In this document: piece after piece, positions 30,020 through 40,777 of the stretch | How positions within the stretch are numbered: the stretch's first letter is position 1 | How the letters are laid out: each line of letters starts with the position of its first letter | Origin: an uncultured Azospirillaceae bacterium | GTDB taxonomy: Bacteria; Pseudomonadota; Alphaproteobacteria; RF32; CAG-239 | Assembly (NCBI GenBank): GCA_964655915.1 | Contig: CAZZNV010000006.1 | Coordinates: 9,256 to 73,255, forward strand | Direction: 5' to 3' | DNA: 64,000 bases | Translations under genes and position numbers: made by a program | The notes under the pieces: generated by a model | Database searches by the model: none | What the model was told of the DNA's origin: nothing | The model's input: the letters and a program-made list of their open reading frames with translations, nothing else

Positions 30020-31350
30020 TTTTCCATATCCTTCAGAGCGCGTTTGCAATAAGCTTCCTTACGGTCAGCCCCTTTAATTTTTCTAAATTTTCCGTTAGCG
30101 GTTGTTTCTCCCTGAATGAGGGGAAACAACCCAAAGTTAATATTCATGGGTTGAAAATCAGGAGTAGACGTATCACGCAAATGTTTGAGCATGGCTCCTA
30201 AAGCTGTTGTCTCCGGAATGGACAACGCTTGTTTTCCCAATGCCTCACAAGCGGCGAAATATCCGGCGGCCCAACCTACGGAAGCACTTTCAACGTAGCC
30301 TTCGCAACCGGTTATTTGTCCGGCAAAACTGATGTTGGGTTGTGATTTTAAACGAAGTTGCTCATCAAGAAGCTCGGGACTTTTTATGAATGTATTCATG
30401 TGGATTCCGCCCAAGCGAACAAATTCAGCATTTTCCAGTCCGGGGATTGTTCTGAAAATCCGTTTTTGTTCTCCATGTTTCAATTTCGTCTGGAAACCGA
30501 CCATGTTGCGAAGTGTATCCTCTTTGTTATCCTGTCGCAGTTGCACAACAGCGTAAGGTTTCTGTTGCGGCGTGTGCGGGTTAGTCAGTCCCACGGGTTT
30601 CATCGGACCAAACAAAAGAGTGTCCGCACCGCGCTCGGCCATCACCTCTACCGGCAAACAGCCATCAAAGTAAGAAGCCTTTTTTTCAAAGTCATGAAAT
30701 TCTGTTTTTTCCCCGTCGAGCAGAGCTTTTACAAAGGTGTAATACTGCTCACGGTCAAGCGGACAATTTATGTAATCTGTTTTATCCCCTTTATCGTAGC
30801 GGGATTGATACCATGCCTTACTAAAATCAATACTTTCCTTGAGAATGACAGGAGCAATGGCATCAAAAAAATTCAGCGCCTGATTATTTATCTTTTTCAG
30901 AATATCGGCTGTAAGTTTTTCAGAAGTGAGCGGTCCTGAGGCAATAATCCAACGACCATCATTTTCTTCAGGTAAAGAGGTTACTTCTTCTTCTATAAAA
31001 CTTATAAGGGGGTGTTTGTGCAATTTTTCCGTTACGGCCTTAGCAAACCCCTCTCTATCCACCGCCAAAGCCCCGCCAGCCGGAACTTTATGTTCATCGG
31101 CGCAGGCCATAATTAAGGAACCGGCAAGTCGCATTTCCTCATGTAATAAACCCACGGCATTATGCAGGCAATCATCTGAGCGCAATGAATTAGAACAGAC
31201 CAATTCGGCACAATAAGAAGTTTTGTGTGCCGGAGAAGCGGATTGAGGACGCATTTCATGAACAATCACTCTAACGCCGCTTTGTGCCAATTGCCAAGCC
31301 GCTTCAGAACCGGCTAATCCCGCGCCGACAATATGAACTTCCGAAAACAT
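30001..31350 (-). CDS. trmFO: Methylenetetrahydrofolate--tRNA-(uracil-5-)-methyltransferase
   Basis: [42 protein letters not shown] and [10 protein letters not shown]. Confidence 0.96.
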   Translation of the reverse strand: MFSEVHIVGAGLAGSEAAWQLAQSGVRVIVHEMRPQSASPAHKTSYCAELVCSNSLRSDDCLHNAVGLLHEEMRLAGSLIMACADEHKVPAGGALAVDREGFAKAVTEKLHKHPLISFIEEEVTSLPEENDGRWIIASGPLTSEKLTADILKKINNQALNFFDAIAPVILKESIDFSKAWYQSRYDKGDKTDYINCPLDREQYYTFVKALLDGEKTEFHDFEKKASYFDGCLPVEVMAERGADTLLFGPMKPVGLTNPHTPQQKPYAVVQLRQDNKEDTLRNMVGFQTKLKHGEQKRIFRTIPGLENAEFVRLGGIHMNTFIKSPELLDEQLRLKSQPNISFAGQITGCEGYVESASVGWAAGYFAACEALGKQALSIPETTALGAMLKHLRDTSTPDFQPMNINFGLFPLIQGETTANGKFRKIKGADRKEAYCKRALKDMEKWLATK

Positions 31351-31497
31351 TCTCTATCCTTCAAACTTTTTTACCCCTTATATAGGCTAAATCATCAAAA
31401 GTAAATAAAAACTTCTTATGATAAGTTGTGCTAAATGTTTGCTATCGGGAATAAAAACGTCTATTATCAAGAAAAGTTTGAAATAAGAAGTAAAAAA

Positions 31498-32694
31498 ATG
31501 ACATCTTATCGGTGTATGACAATTATGGCTGTCCTTGCGCTAACGCCGCTGTCCTCTCTTGCAAGTGAGGATTCGGCGCCGTACTTCGTTGGCGGAGAAG
31601 TCAATTATGAAATATCAATGGGTAATGCCTTTCTGACACCGGAGGGGTTGCCGGACAAAACAGCCTTTTTGCCACAGGAAAAGATTGATGAGTCTCCATC
31701 AGGAGAAATGTCTTTGATGGATGGCTCCGCAGAAGCAGATATGCCGCCGTTTTCTTTTGATGCGCCTGATGTGGGAAATAATATCCCAATGTTGCAAGCA
31801 GCACCGACAGCTCCGGAGCCGGAACCTGAGCCTGAACCTGAACAGGAAGAAAAACCTTTGCCGCGCATTGATAAAAATCAGGCTCTTACAGATACCCTGA
31901 AAAAAGATCCGATACCAACGTCTTCAGGCTTGGGGATTCCCAAAATTGAAGGAACATGGGTGGATAAATTGGCCAGTTCTAATCCTTTATCTTTGTTGGA
32001 AGGTTCGGAAGACGATGCTCTTTACGGAAAAACATCTTCTTCAAAAGGCTTGGAAGATATGGTTGATAAAGCCCGAGTGTCAAAAAATCGACGTTCGAAC
32101 GCTTCCGTTTTCGATATTTCAGGAGTTATGCTCAGAATGTCGTTGTCACAAGTGGAAGAAACCTTAAAAAATCGCGGTTTCCGCAAAATGATGGAAAAGT
32201 TCCAAATACCTAACTTTATAAAATGGCGCAATGAGGAAATTTGTCGCAACAGCGGGGTTGTCGGTTATGAACGAACAGAGGCTTGCGTTACACAAAAGGC
32301 TAAAAAAGAAAAGCATGAATATCTTCAGGTTGCCAAATACGCCAAATTTGATACTAAAGAAGAAATAGAGGTTACGTTCACCAGTAACTTTACAGACAAT
32401 AAAGTATATAAAATAATGTACAAAAGTATGGCGGCAAGCAATATCGGAAACAGCCCGAAGGCCGTATATCTTCGCAATATAAAAGTTTATGATTTCTGGA
32501 AAAAAATAAATCAAAAATATGGCAAACCGGACAACAAAAACAACGTCACATGGGGTATGGGTGGAAACAAACCCTACATGAAGGCCCAAACAGGCTTTTT
32601 GTTACTGGAAGATCCTATGCTGAGAGAGTTGGATTATACTCGAATGTCCAGAGAAGACCAACGGTATATGAACACGGATTTATATAGTTTTTAG
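31498..32694 (+). CDS. Hypothetical exported protein with (PE)n linker
   Basis: Signal-peptide-like start, APEPEPEPEPE linker, globular C-terminal domain; directly upstream of chpT. Confidence 0.7.
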   Translation: MTSYRCMTIMAVLALTPLSSLASEDSAPYFVGGEVNYEISMGNAFLTPEGLPDKTAFLPQEKIDESPSGEMSLMDGSAEADMPPFSFDAPDVGNNIPMLQAAPTAPEPEPEPEPEQEEKPLPRIDKNQALTDTLKKDPIPTSSGLGIPKIEGTWVDKLASSNPLSLLEGSEDDALYGKTSSSKGLEDMVDKARVSKNRRSNASVFDISGVMLRMSLSQVEETLKNRGFRKMMEKFQIPNFIKWRNEEICRNSGVVGYERTEACVTQKAKKEKHEYLQVAKYAKFDTKEEIEVTFTSNFTDNKVYKIMYKSMAASNIGNSPKAVYLRNIKVYDFWKKINQKYGKPDNKNNVTWGMGGNKPYMKAQTGFLLLEDPMLRELDYTRMSREDQRYMNTDLYSF

Positions 32695-32705
32695 AGGGAA
32701 AAAAG

Positions 32706-33320
32706 ATGGTCATTGTGGCAAACAATAAAAAACTGACAGAACTTATTTGCACACGTTTAAGCCATGATATTGTAGGCAATATAGGTGCCGTTTCCAATGC
32801 GGTTGAACTTTTAGAAGAAGGGGATATGGACTTTATTGAGGACATTAAATCAATATTAAAGACAAGTTCTCAGGTTCTGTCGGCAAGAATGAAGTTCTTC
32901 CGCTTGGCGTTTGGATTGCACAATAACAGCTTAGATAGTGCTGAAATCGTTGAAAACGCCTCTCGTGCCTATTTGGAAACAGTCGGAAGCCGCAACTATC
33001 CGATAAGTTTGGATTTTAGCGTTTCAACAGCTCAAAATATGCGATTGGCTATGCTTGGAATTATGGTTATAGCGGATATGTTGGTGCACGGGGGAAGGAT
33101 TATCGTTATGGAAAAAGAGGGAAAACTGAGAGTGACTGCTTCCGGTGACAAACCTTTGCCACAAGATAAAATGTCTCGCCTTAAAGAGATATTGGCGGGA
33201 GAATTTCCGGAAGATGATGCCCGATTTGCTCCTCTAGCCTGCTTGTTGGCGGAATTAGGTGCTAAAAATCGAAAAATTTATTTTTCAGGAACGGATTTTC
33301 CGGATTTTGTTTTTGAATAG
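32706..33320 (+). CDS. chpT: Histidine phosphotransferase ChpT
   Basis: ELICTRLSHDIVG.IGAV.N.VELL and ARMKFFRLAFG. Confidence 0.9.
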   Translation: MVIVANNKKLTELICTRLSHDIVGNIGAVSNAVELLEEGDMDFIEDIKSILKTSSQVLSARMKFFRLAFGLHNNSLDSAEIVENASRAYLETVGSRNYPISLDFSVSTAQNMRLAMLGIMVIADMLVHGGRIIVMEKEGKLRVTASGDKPLPQDKMSRLKEILAGEFPEDDARFAPLACLLAELGAKNRKIYFSGTDFPDFVFE

Positions 33321-33329
33321 GATAAGCGA

Positions 33330-33695
33330 ATGATAAAATGTGTTATTGCCGATGACTCCCACATAATTCGCATACTGTTGCGAAAAATCATGGAAAATTT
33401 TGGTTTTGAAGTTTTTGAGGCAGAAGACGGAGAGGAAGTCTTATCACTGTGTGTAAACGAAAATCCTGAACTTATTATCAGCGATTGGAGTTTGCCGATG
33501 ATTGACGGTATTGACGTTTTATATAAAATTCGTGACGATAAAAAAATCAAACAGCCTAAGTTTATTTTTTGTGCCGCGCCGACAAATTTGCAAGATGTTC
33601 AACAGGCGTTGGACGGAGGTGCTGATGATTTTATTTTACGTCCCTTTGATGAAGAAATTGTCGGTACAAAGCTGACTATCTTAGGGCTGTTATAA
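33330..33695 (+). CDS. CheY-like single-domain response regulator (atypical active site)
   Basis: IADDS, SDWSLP.IDG, GADDFILRPFD and terminal GLL. Confidence 0.85.
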   Translation: MIKCVIADDSHIIRILLRKIMENFGFEVFEAEDGEEVLSLCVNENPELIISDWSLPMIDGIDVLYKIRDDKKIKQPKFIFCAAPTNLQDVQQALDGGADDFILRPFDEEIVGTKLTILGLL

Positions 33696-33705
33696 GGAAA
33701 CGGAT

Positions 33706-34617
33706 ATGCGTAGACAGGATTTTGAGTTTCTGGTCAATCTATTGAGGGAATATGCCGGTTGGAATTTCGACGAAGAGCAGTATTTTATCGTTGATAAGAA
33801 GGTATCCGGTTTTATTCGGGAAAAGGGTTATGCCAGCGTAGAGGACTTGGTCGCGGAGCTAAAACTCGGTGCGCGTCCGTTAATTGCGCAGGTTGTAGAG
33901 AGTTTGGCTCTGTCAGATACATCTTTTTTTAGAGATTATGATATTTTTAGTCGATTTGAAAAGGCATTGTTGCCACATTTAAGGGAGAACAATCGTTCAA
34001 CTAAACGTATGCGTTTTTGGAGCTTGGGCTGTTCTACCGGACAGGAAACCTATTCCATTGCTATGAGTGTTCGCCGTCAGTTTTTGGGGTTGCGTGATTG
34101 GAACATAGACATTTTAGGGTCAGATATATCATCAGTAGCCATCAGTAAAGCACAACGCGGAATTTATAATAATTTTGAGGTTCAGACGGGATTAAATGCT
34201 AAAGACATCATGACCTTTTTCCATAAGGAAGGGGAGCATTGGTTGGTAAACGATGAGTTGCGCCGAATGGTTGAGTTTCGCAAATACAATCTGTTGGAAG
34301 ATATTACGCATATTGAAAAATTTGAGGTTATTTTCTGTCGAAACGTTCTAAGATTTTTCACTCCGCAATATCAACGTGAAATAGTTGCTCGCCTGTCGGA
34401 ATATCAAACTCCGCAAGGGATATTGTATTTGGGAAAAAATGAACATATTGCAGGGATAGACGAATTTTATGACAGGCTTTCCGGTTATAACAGCGTGTAC
34501 GTGTCCAAAGGGATTCAATCAAAAATAGAAAAACCCCGCTTAAGTGTCGGTTTGGAAGAAGCGGAAGAGATTGAAATGCCCCGTTTCAAACGACCGGAAA
34601 TTTTACTCAATCGCTAA
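33706..34617 (+). CDS. cheR: CheR-type protein-glutamate O-methyltransferase
   Basis: TSFFRD, WSLGCSTGQETYSIAM, GSDIS, IFCRNVL.FF and G.LYLG..E. Confidence 0.88.
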   Translation: MRRQDFEFLVNLLREYAGWNFDEEQYFIVDKKVSGFIREKGYASVEDLVAELKLGARPLIAQVVESLALSDTSFFRDYDIFSRFEKALLPHLRENNRSTKRMRFWSLGCSTGQETYSIAMSVRRQFLGLRDWNIDILGSDISSVAISKAQRGIYNNFEVQTGLNAKDIMTFFHKEGEHWLVNDELRRMVEFRKYNLLEDITHIEKFEVIFCRNVLRFFTPQYQREIVARLSEYQTPQGILYLGKNEHIAGIDEFYDRLSGYNSVYVSKGIQSKIEKPRLSVGLEEAEEIEMPRFKRPEILLNR

Positions 34618-34654
34618 TCTTGGCGCTCTGGAGGCTTATGCCCCACGGGAGTCT

Positions 34655-36463
34655 TTAATTGTCACCGATTCGCAAGGCTTCAATAAACGCAGATTGGGGA
34701 ACTTCCACTTTGCCGAATTGTCGCATCCGTTGTTTTCCCTTCTTTTGTTTATCAAGGAGCTTTCTTTTTCGAGTGACGTCTCCGCCATAACATTTGGCTG
34801 TTACATCTTTACGCAAGGCAGATATTGTTTCACGAGCCACAACACGGCCGCCGATAACGGCTTGCAGAGGTATTTTAAACAAATGTCTGGGAATCAAATC
34901 TTTCAAGCGCTCGCAAATTTGCCGCCCTCTGGCTTCCGCCTCGCTGCGGTGACATAAGAAAGCTAACGCATCGACAGGCTCTTCGTTGATAAGGATTTGT
35001 ACCTTAACGAGATCTGCTTCTTCATAGTCGGTCAATTCATAATCAAAGCTGGCATATCCGCTGGAGATAGATTTAAGCCGGTCATAAAAATCAAAAACAA
35101 TTTCATTGAGAGGAATTTTATAAACCACCATAGCCCGACTGCCGACATAAGTCAGTTCCTGTTGTTCTCCGCGCCGCTCGGTGCAGAGCTTTAAGACTGC
35201 TCCGAGGTAAGTATCCGGAACTAAAATTGTAGCGCGAACCATCGGTTCTTCAATAAATTTGATAGTCGTCACATCAGGCATATCTGCCGGATTGTGGAGC
35301 ATTAATTCCGTTCCGTTCGTTAAATGAATTTTATAAGCAACCGAAGGAGCTGTCGTTATTAAATCAAGGTCAAATTCTCGTCCTAAGCGCTCCTGAATAA
35401 TTTCCATATGGAGCAGTCCGAGAAAACCGCAACGAAAACCAAGTCCGAGCGCTGCCGAATTTTCATTTTGATAGTCAATACTCGCATCATTCAGTTTGAG
35501 TTTGGCCAGAGCATCTTTCAAAGCCCCATATTGGCTGGAGTCTACCGGAAAAATGGAACAGAATACAACCGGAACAGAAGGTTTAAAACCTTTAAGCGGC
35601 GTGTCACAGGGAAGTTTATTGTCGGTAATCGTGTCACCGATACTGCAATCACTTACACTTTTAATACTGGCCGTAATATAGCCGACCTCTCCGGGATAGA
35701 GAGCTTCAACTTCTACCATCTTGGGAGAAAAGATACCGACCTTATCAACTAAATAAGTCGCATTGTTTGACATCATTCTGATTTGTGTTTTTTTCTTCAG
35801 CACGCCGTCATGAATACGTACCAAAATAATGACTCCCAGATAACTATCATACCAGCTGTCAATTAAAAGAGCTTTCAACGGAGCCTTTTCATCACCGTGC
35901 GGAGCCGGAAGCCGCTGAACAATAGCCTCTAAAAGACTGTCTACGCCTAAGCCCGTTTTGCCGGAAGTTTCAACGGCATCGGAGGCATCAAGCCCGATAA
36001 CGTCTTCAATTTGTTTTTTCACCCTTTCAGGGTCGGCAGAGGGCAGGTCAATTTTGTTTAATACGGGGATTATTTCATGATTATTATCAATGGCCAAGTA
36101 GACATTAGCAAGCGTTTGAGCCTCAACTCCTTGTGTCGCATCTACCACCAAAATAGACCCCTCGCAAGAGGCTAATGAACGAGAAACTTCATAAGAGAAG
36201 TCAACATGCCCCGGAGTGTCCATCAAATTAAGCTGATAAGTGTTTCCGTCTTGAGCCTTATAGTTTAATCGAACAGTTTGCGCCTTGATTGTAATACCTC
36301 TTTCACGTTCAATATCCATATTGTCCAAAACTTGTTCGCTCATCTCCCTTTTTTCCAAAGCGCCGCAGGCCTCAATCAATCGATCAGCGAGAGTAGATTT
36401 CCCGTGATCTATGTGTGCAATAATGGCAAAATTGCGAATAAGGTTAAGACTATATTGACTCAT
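34655..36463 (-). CDS. lepA: Elongation factor 4
   Basis: [31 protein letters not shown] and [14 protein letters not shown]. Confidence 0.98.
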   Translation of the reverse strand: MSQYSLNLIRNFAIIAHIDHGKSTLADRLIEACGALEKREMSEQVLDNMDIERERGITIKAQTVRLNYKAQDGNTYQLNLMDTPGHVDFSYEVSRSLASCEGSILVVDATQGVEAQTLANVYLAIDNNHEIIPVLNKIDLPSADPERVKKQIEDVIGLDASDAVETSGKTGLGVDSLLEAIVQRLPAPHGDEKAPLKALLIDSWYDSYLGVIILVRIHDGVLKKKTQIRMMSNNATYLVDKVGIFSPKMVEVEALYPGEVGYITASIKSVSDCSIGDTITDNKLPCDTPLKGFKPSVPVVFCSIFPVDSSQYGALKDALAKLKLNDASIDYQNENSAALGLGFRCGFLGLLHMEIIQERLGREFDLDLITTAPSVAYKIHLTNGTELMLHNPADMPDVTTIKFIEEPMVRATILVPDTYLGAVLKLCTERRGEQQELTYVGSRAMVVYKIPLNEIVFDFYDRLKSISSGYASFDYELTDYEEADLVKVQILINEEPVDALAFLCHRSEAEARGRQICERLKDLIPRHLFKIPLQAVIGGRVVARETISALRKDVTAKCYGGDVTRKRKLLDKQKKGKQRMRQFGKVEVPQSAFIEALRIGDN

Positions 36464-36619
36464 GTAAATCTATCCTGTTGAAAATAATGAATAGTAAGAA
36501 AATAGCGGATATTTTTTAATAAGCAACTAATAAATTTACAAAGGTCTTTTTCTATTAAGATTGACTAAAGAGCATAAAAAGAGCTATACTAAAAAAGATT
36601 AACGAGCAGGGAGGTTGCC

Positions 36620-37057
36620 ATGCGTAAGATGATAGACATAGATTTCGGTTCGAGCCGATATGATGACTTGGTTGAGCTGCGCTATAAGATTTTATTGGAA
36701 CCTTTAGGCTTAAAGTTTTTAGACACGCATCGTCTGCAAGAAGCCGGCTACTTGCACTTGGGCTGTATTGAGAGTTTGGATGATAAGTTGATTGGCGGTT
36801 TAATGCTGGTTCCGGTTGATAATGAAACTATCCGCATGATGCAGGTGGCTGTGGATACCAAATATCAGGGGGAAGGTATCGGGAAAGAGCTGGTAAAATA
36901 TGCGGAAAAACGCGCCAAAGAAGCAGGGTACACACGTATAGTAATGCACGCAATGTTGACGGTTATTCACTTTTATGAAAAAAACGGTTATCGCCAACAA
37001 GGGGAAATTTTTGAAGAAAAAGGCATTACATTTGCTAAAATGATTAAAGACTTGTGA
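36620..37057 (+). CDS. GNAT family N-acetyltransferase
   Basis: QVAVD..YQGEGIGKEL and FYEKNGY. Confidence 0.9.
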   Translation: MRKMIDIDFGSSRYDDLVELRYKILLEPLGLKFLDTHRLQEAGYLHLGCIESLDDKLIGGLMLVPVDNETIRMMQVAVDTKYQGEGIGKELVKYAEKRAKEAGYTRIVMHAMLTVIHFYEKNGYRQQGEIFEEKGITFAKMIKDL

Positions 37058-37072
37058 TTTTTTGCTGAAAAG

Positions 37073-37103
37073 AAAAGGGCAGAGTTAAAATCTGCCCTTT
37101 TTT
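37073..37103. terminator. Bidirectional intrinsic terminator
   Basis: AAAAGGGCAGA-gttaaaa-TCTGCCCTTTTTT between convergent genes. Confidence 0.8.
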
Positions 37104-37106
37104 AGG

Positions 37107-37313
37107 TTACAAAAGCCTGAGATTTCCGGCAGCGGCTCTTCCGTCGCGATCAGCATAAATTTCGTAGCTGATAGGTTGTCCGTCATTCAAACCGCTGATG
37201 CCCGATTTTTCCAGTTGCGTAATATGTACAAAAACATCCTTAGAACCGGATTCCGGCTGAATAAACCCATAACCTTTTTTCATATTAAACCATTTAACCG
37301 TACCTATTGACAT
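37107..37313 (-). CDS. Cold-shock protein
   Basis: GTVKWFN..KGYGFI.P and DVFVH (RNP1/RNP2). Confidence 0.95.
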   Translation of the reverse strand: MSIGTVKWFNMKKGYGFIQPESGSKDVFVHITQLEKSGISGLNDGQPISYEIYADRDGRAAAGNLRLL

Positions 37314-37431
37314 TGCTTAAAATCCTTTATGTTAAAATTCCAATTTCTGACACCGATTCCAAAGTAAACCAAAGCGGCGCAATGAATGATATAATGGGCA
37401 AGCCGATGTTTTAAAGTCCCCTGTCGACAAA

Positions 37432-38031
37432 TTAGGATAATACTTTTGCTGAAATGGGGAGCGGTTCAGGCCATACGGCAAGATGGTCGAGAAACGCATC
37501 AACAAAGTCGCCGCGTCGGTTCTGATAATCCAAATAATAAGCATGCTCCCACACGTCCAGAACAAGCAACGGTTGAATGCCTCTGGCTATCGGGGTGTCA
37601 GCATTTGAGGAGGATTCTATCAGAAGTTTATTATCCGATTCTGTCACCCATACCCAGCCGCTTCCAAAACACGATAAAGCGGATTGTTTAAACTGTTTTT
37701 TAAAATTTTCATAACTGCCAAATGCGTAATTTATTTTTTCAGCATTTTTTCCTTTTGGAGATCCCCCTTTCGGTGATAGGCATCTCCAAAAAAATTGGTG
37801 ATTATAAATTTGTCCGGCATTATTAAATATCGCCGAAAATTCAGCATGTTGATAAGTTGTTTGAATGATTTTTGTTAATTCCATATCGGCAAATTCGGTA
37901 CCATGAATAAGGTTATTTAAGGTGTCAACGTAGTTTTTGTAATGTTTACCATAGTGAAAGTGCATGGTTTCTTGCGAAATATAAGGGGCAAGATCCGCTT
38001 CATGATAGGGAAGTGCAGACATCTCAAACAT
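37432..38031 (-). CDS. Superoxide dismutase (Fe/Mn family, probably Fe)
   Basis: HYGKH, FNNAGQ..NH.FFW, FGSGW.W and DVWEHAYY; start ATG 38031 after GGGAGA. Confidence 0.93.
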   Translation of the reverse strand: MFEMSALPYHEADLAPYISQETMHFHYGKHYKNYVDTLNNLIHGTEFADMELTKIIQTTYQHAEFSAIFNNAGQIYNHQFFWRCLSPKGGSPKGKNAEKINYAFGSYENFKKQFKQSALSCFGSGWVWVTESDNKLLIESSSNADTPIARGIQPLLVLDVWEHAYYLDYQNRRGDFVDAFLDHLAVWPEPLPISAKVLS

Positions 38032-38050
38032 AACATTCTCCCACAAAAGG

Positions 38051-38470
38051 TTAATCTTGTTTGTGTCTTATATAAGCATTGGTTCCAATCTCATCAAGAA
38101 GGTTTTGTTCTTTGGTTTCAAATTCTTTTTGTTGAATTTTTTTTCGATTATCGTCAACAATTTCATAGGTTTTTTGTTCTTTGAACAGTTCAGTAATGGT
38201 ATTTCTGATTTCTTCAATTTTCTGTCGCACGGAGATAAGGGTTGTTTCCAAATTTTCCCGTTTTTTCAGGTAGCATTCTGTATAAAGTCCAAAGTCACCG
38301 ACATTGGTATTGGTTCGAGCAAATTCTTTTTCTTTTTCAAATTGCTCTGTAAGAATTTTAATATCATTCAACAACTTATCTTCGGCGTTTAGCTGCTCTG
38401 CCAAAAGTTTACGCTGCTCATCAATATTGAACTTCTGAATCCGTTGCAATGTCCGTAAAGGCGACTTCAT
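38051..38470 (-). CDS. fliJ: Flagellar export protein FliJ-like
   Basis: Coiled-coil 139-aa protein directly after fliI, with F.E.K.YE...R...EQ..LDE motif. Confidence 0.8.
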   Translation of the reverse strand: MKSPLRTLQRIQKFNIDEQRKLLAEQLNAEDKLLNDIKILTEQFEKEKEFARTNTNVGDFGLYTECYLKKRENLETTLISVRQKIEEIRNTITELFKEQKTYEIVDDNRKKIQQKEFETKEQNLLDEIGTNAYIRHKQD

Positions 38471-38479
38471 TAGCTATGG

Positions 38480-39820
38480 CTAAACCTCCGGAACATAAGG
38501 TGTGGCAAGAATTTTTTCCAGTGCCTCATAACATTCCGGCAGAGTAAAACGCTCATGCTTTTCCTGAGACAAAAACTTTTCCAGCATAGGATAATAAAAG
38601 ACAGCCTCGTCAACTTCGCGATTCGACCCTTTTTTATACGCTCCCAAACGAATAAGCTCTGCCATGTCCTCGTAAGCAGAGATATACTTGCGCGCTTTGG
38701 CAATGAGAGCGTATTCTTCCGGCGAGTCGCAATCCGGCATGGTACGAGAAATTGAGCGTAAAATATTGATGGCCGGATAACGATTACGCTCAGCAATAGC
38801 GCGGTCCAAAACAATATGCCCGTCTAAGATAGAGCGCACTGCGTCGGCAACCGGCTCATTATGGTCGTCTCCGTCAACCAAAACCGTGAATAGTCCTGTA
38901 ATAGAACCTGTACCGGCTCCGGGGCCGGCGCGTTCCAAAAGCTTGGGGAGTTCGGCAAAAACGCTGGGAGTATAACCCTTAGATGCCGGAGGCTCTCCGA
39001 CGGAAAGAGAAATTTCCCGTTGGGCCATAGCAAAACGCGTGATTGAATCCATCATGCAAAGAACATTTTTGTTTTGGTCACGGAAATATTCGGAGATAGC
39101 CATGGTGACATAGGCAGCCTGCCTGCGCATAAGAGGGCTTTCATTAGACGTTGCTAAAACCAGAACAGACTTCTCCAGTCCTTCGCTGCCCAAAACATCT
39201 TCAACAAACTCTTTAGCTTCACGTCCGCGCTCACCGATAAGACCGATAACAGAAATATCAGCATCTGTTTGTCTGGCCACCATAGACATCAAGGTGGATT
39301 TCCCAACGCCTGAGCCGGCAAAAATTCCCATACGTTGACCTTTGCAGATAGTCAGGAAGGAATTGATGGCCTTAACCCCCAAATCAACCTTACCTCTGAC
39401 TCTGTCACGAAATTGGGCAGGAGGTGGCGCAGACTTAATGGCATAGGGCTTGTCCCCTTTAATCAAGGGACCCTTGCCATCAACCGCTTCGCCAAAAGCA
39501 TTGACAATACGTCCGAGCCATGAGGGGTGGGGGTAAATTACCGGTTGAGCTTCTTCCACTTCAACACGGCAACCGAGTCCTATACCGTCGAGTGAGGCAT
39601 AGGGCATCAAAAGAAGTTTATTTTCCTTAAAGCTGACGAGCTCGCAGGGAACAGCTTCGTCTTTATTATTAATAATATTGCATCGGTCACCAATGGAAAG
39701 TTGTGCACGAATACCGCTCACCTCAACAAACAATCCCTGAACACCGGTAACTTTTCCAAAATAGGAAGCCGTGTTCAGTTTGCTAATTTCTTGTAATTTA
39801 CTGTCAAATAACTCAGACAA
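38480..39820 (-). CDS. fliI: Flagellar type III export ATPase
   Basis: GQRMGIFAGSGVGKS, GLIGERGRE, DSITRFAMAQRE and DAVRSILDGHIVLDR. Confidence 0.93.
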   Translation of the reverse strand: MSELFDSKLQEISKLNTASYFGKVTGVQGLFVEVSGIRAQLSIGDRCNIINNKDEAVPCELVSFKENKLLLMPYASLDGIGLGCRVEVEEAQPVIYPHPSWLGRIVNAFGEAVDGKGPLIKGDKPYAIKSAPPPAQFRDRVRGKVDLGVKAINSFLTICKGQRMGIFAGSGVGKSTLMSMVARQTDADISVIGLIGERGREAKEFVEDVLGSEGLEKSVLVLATSNESPLMRRQAAYVTMAISEYFRDQNKNVLCMMDSITRFAMAQREISLSVGEPPASKGYTPSVFAELPKLLERAGPGAGTGSITGLFTVLVDGDDHNEPVADAVRSILDGHIVLDRAIAERNRYPAINILRSISRTMPDCDSPEEYALIAKARKYISAYEDMAELIRLGAYKKGSNREVDEAVFYYPMLEKFLSQEKHERFTLPECYEALEKILATPYVPEV

Positions 39821-39844
39821 AATATTCCCTGACCCATATTAAAA

Positions 39845-39978
39845 GATTCACCCTATAATATACATTCAGATGAAGTTAATACAATGAATTAATATAAAAA
39901 CACACGTTAATGTGAATATTTTTGCCAATATGCAGAAAAAAGTTAATAATTATTAACAGGTGTCTCAAAAAAGTTAAC
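39845..39978. promoter_or_regulatory. fliI/ctrA divergent promoter region with CtrA-type GTTAA/TTAAC half-sites
   Basis: GTTAA at 39875, 39906, 39942 and 39973; perfect palindrome GTTAATAATTATTAAC at 39942-39957; GATTC at 39845. Confidence 0.55.
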
Positions 39979-40037
39979 AAATAAAAAAATAGGCTATAAA
40001 ATACCGGCATGAAAACAAAACAAGGGGGAAGTATAAT

Positions 40038-40727
40038 ATGCGGGTTTTATTAGTTGAAGATGATTACGCCATTTCGCAAAGTATTGAAACAATGCTCAAA
40101 AAAGAAGGGATGATTGTTGATACTACGGATTTGGGCGAAGACGGTCTGGAAATCGGTAAGCTGTACGACTATGATATTATCATTTTGGATTTGATGTTGC
40201 CGGATATGAACGGTTATGAAGTTCTAAAAAATCTGAGGGCTTCTAAGGTGAATACGCCGGTCTTGATTTTGTCGGGCTTAAGTGAGCCGGATAAAAAGGT
40301 AAAGGGCTTGGGTTACGGTGCTGACGATTACCTGACAAAACCTTTTGATAAGGCTGAGTTATTAGCCAGAATACAAGCGGTTGTCAGACGCTCAAAGGGG
40401 CATTCCAATTCGATTATTCGTACCGGTGATGTTGAGGTCAACCTTGATAATCAAACAGTGACTGTTAAAGATAAGGCGCTACATCTGACCGGAAAAGAAT
40501 ACGGTATTATGGAGTTGTTGTCATTGCGCAAAGGGTCCACTCTTAATAAAGACCAGTTCCTAAACCATCTGTACGGCGGTATTGATGAGCCGGAATTGAA
40601 AATTATTGATGTGTTTATTTGTAAACTTCGTAAAAAGTTGGAAAAGGCCTCCGGCGGTAAGAATTATATTGAAACCGTGTGGGGTAGAGGATATGTCCTT
40701 CGCGATCCGGATGAAGTGAAAAAATAA
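40038..40727 (+). CDS. ctrA: Cell-cycle master regulator CtrA
   Basis: [29 protein letters not shown] and [28 protein letters not shown]...[15 protein letters not shown]. Confidence 0.97.
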   Translation: MRVLLVEDDYAISQSIETMLKKEGMIVDTTDLGEDGLEIGKLYDYDIIILDLMLPDMNGYEVLKNLRASKVNTPVLILSGLSEPDKKVKGLGYGADDYLTKPFDKAELLARIQAVVRRSKGHSNSIIRTGDVEVNLDNQTVTVKDKALHLTGKEYGIMELLSLRKGSTLNKDQFLNHLYGGIDEPELKIIDVFICKLRKKLEKASGGKNYIETVWGRGYVLRDPDEVKK

Positions 40728-40731
40728 TAAA

Positions 40732-40760
40732 AAAAGCCTAAACTCAAAGTTTAGGCTTTT
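40732..40760. terminator. Bidirectional intrinsic terminator
   Basis: AAAAGCCTAAAC-tcaaa-GTTTAGGCTTTT. Confidence 0.8.
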
Positions 40761-40777
40761 ATTTTGACGCTTTTTTG

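Noticed and set aside
31810-31845. Short tandem repeat-like DNA (CCGGAG/CCTGAA units), also seen in popZ
   Set aside because: Degenerate codons for Pro-Glu linkers, not a DNA-level repeat element
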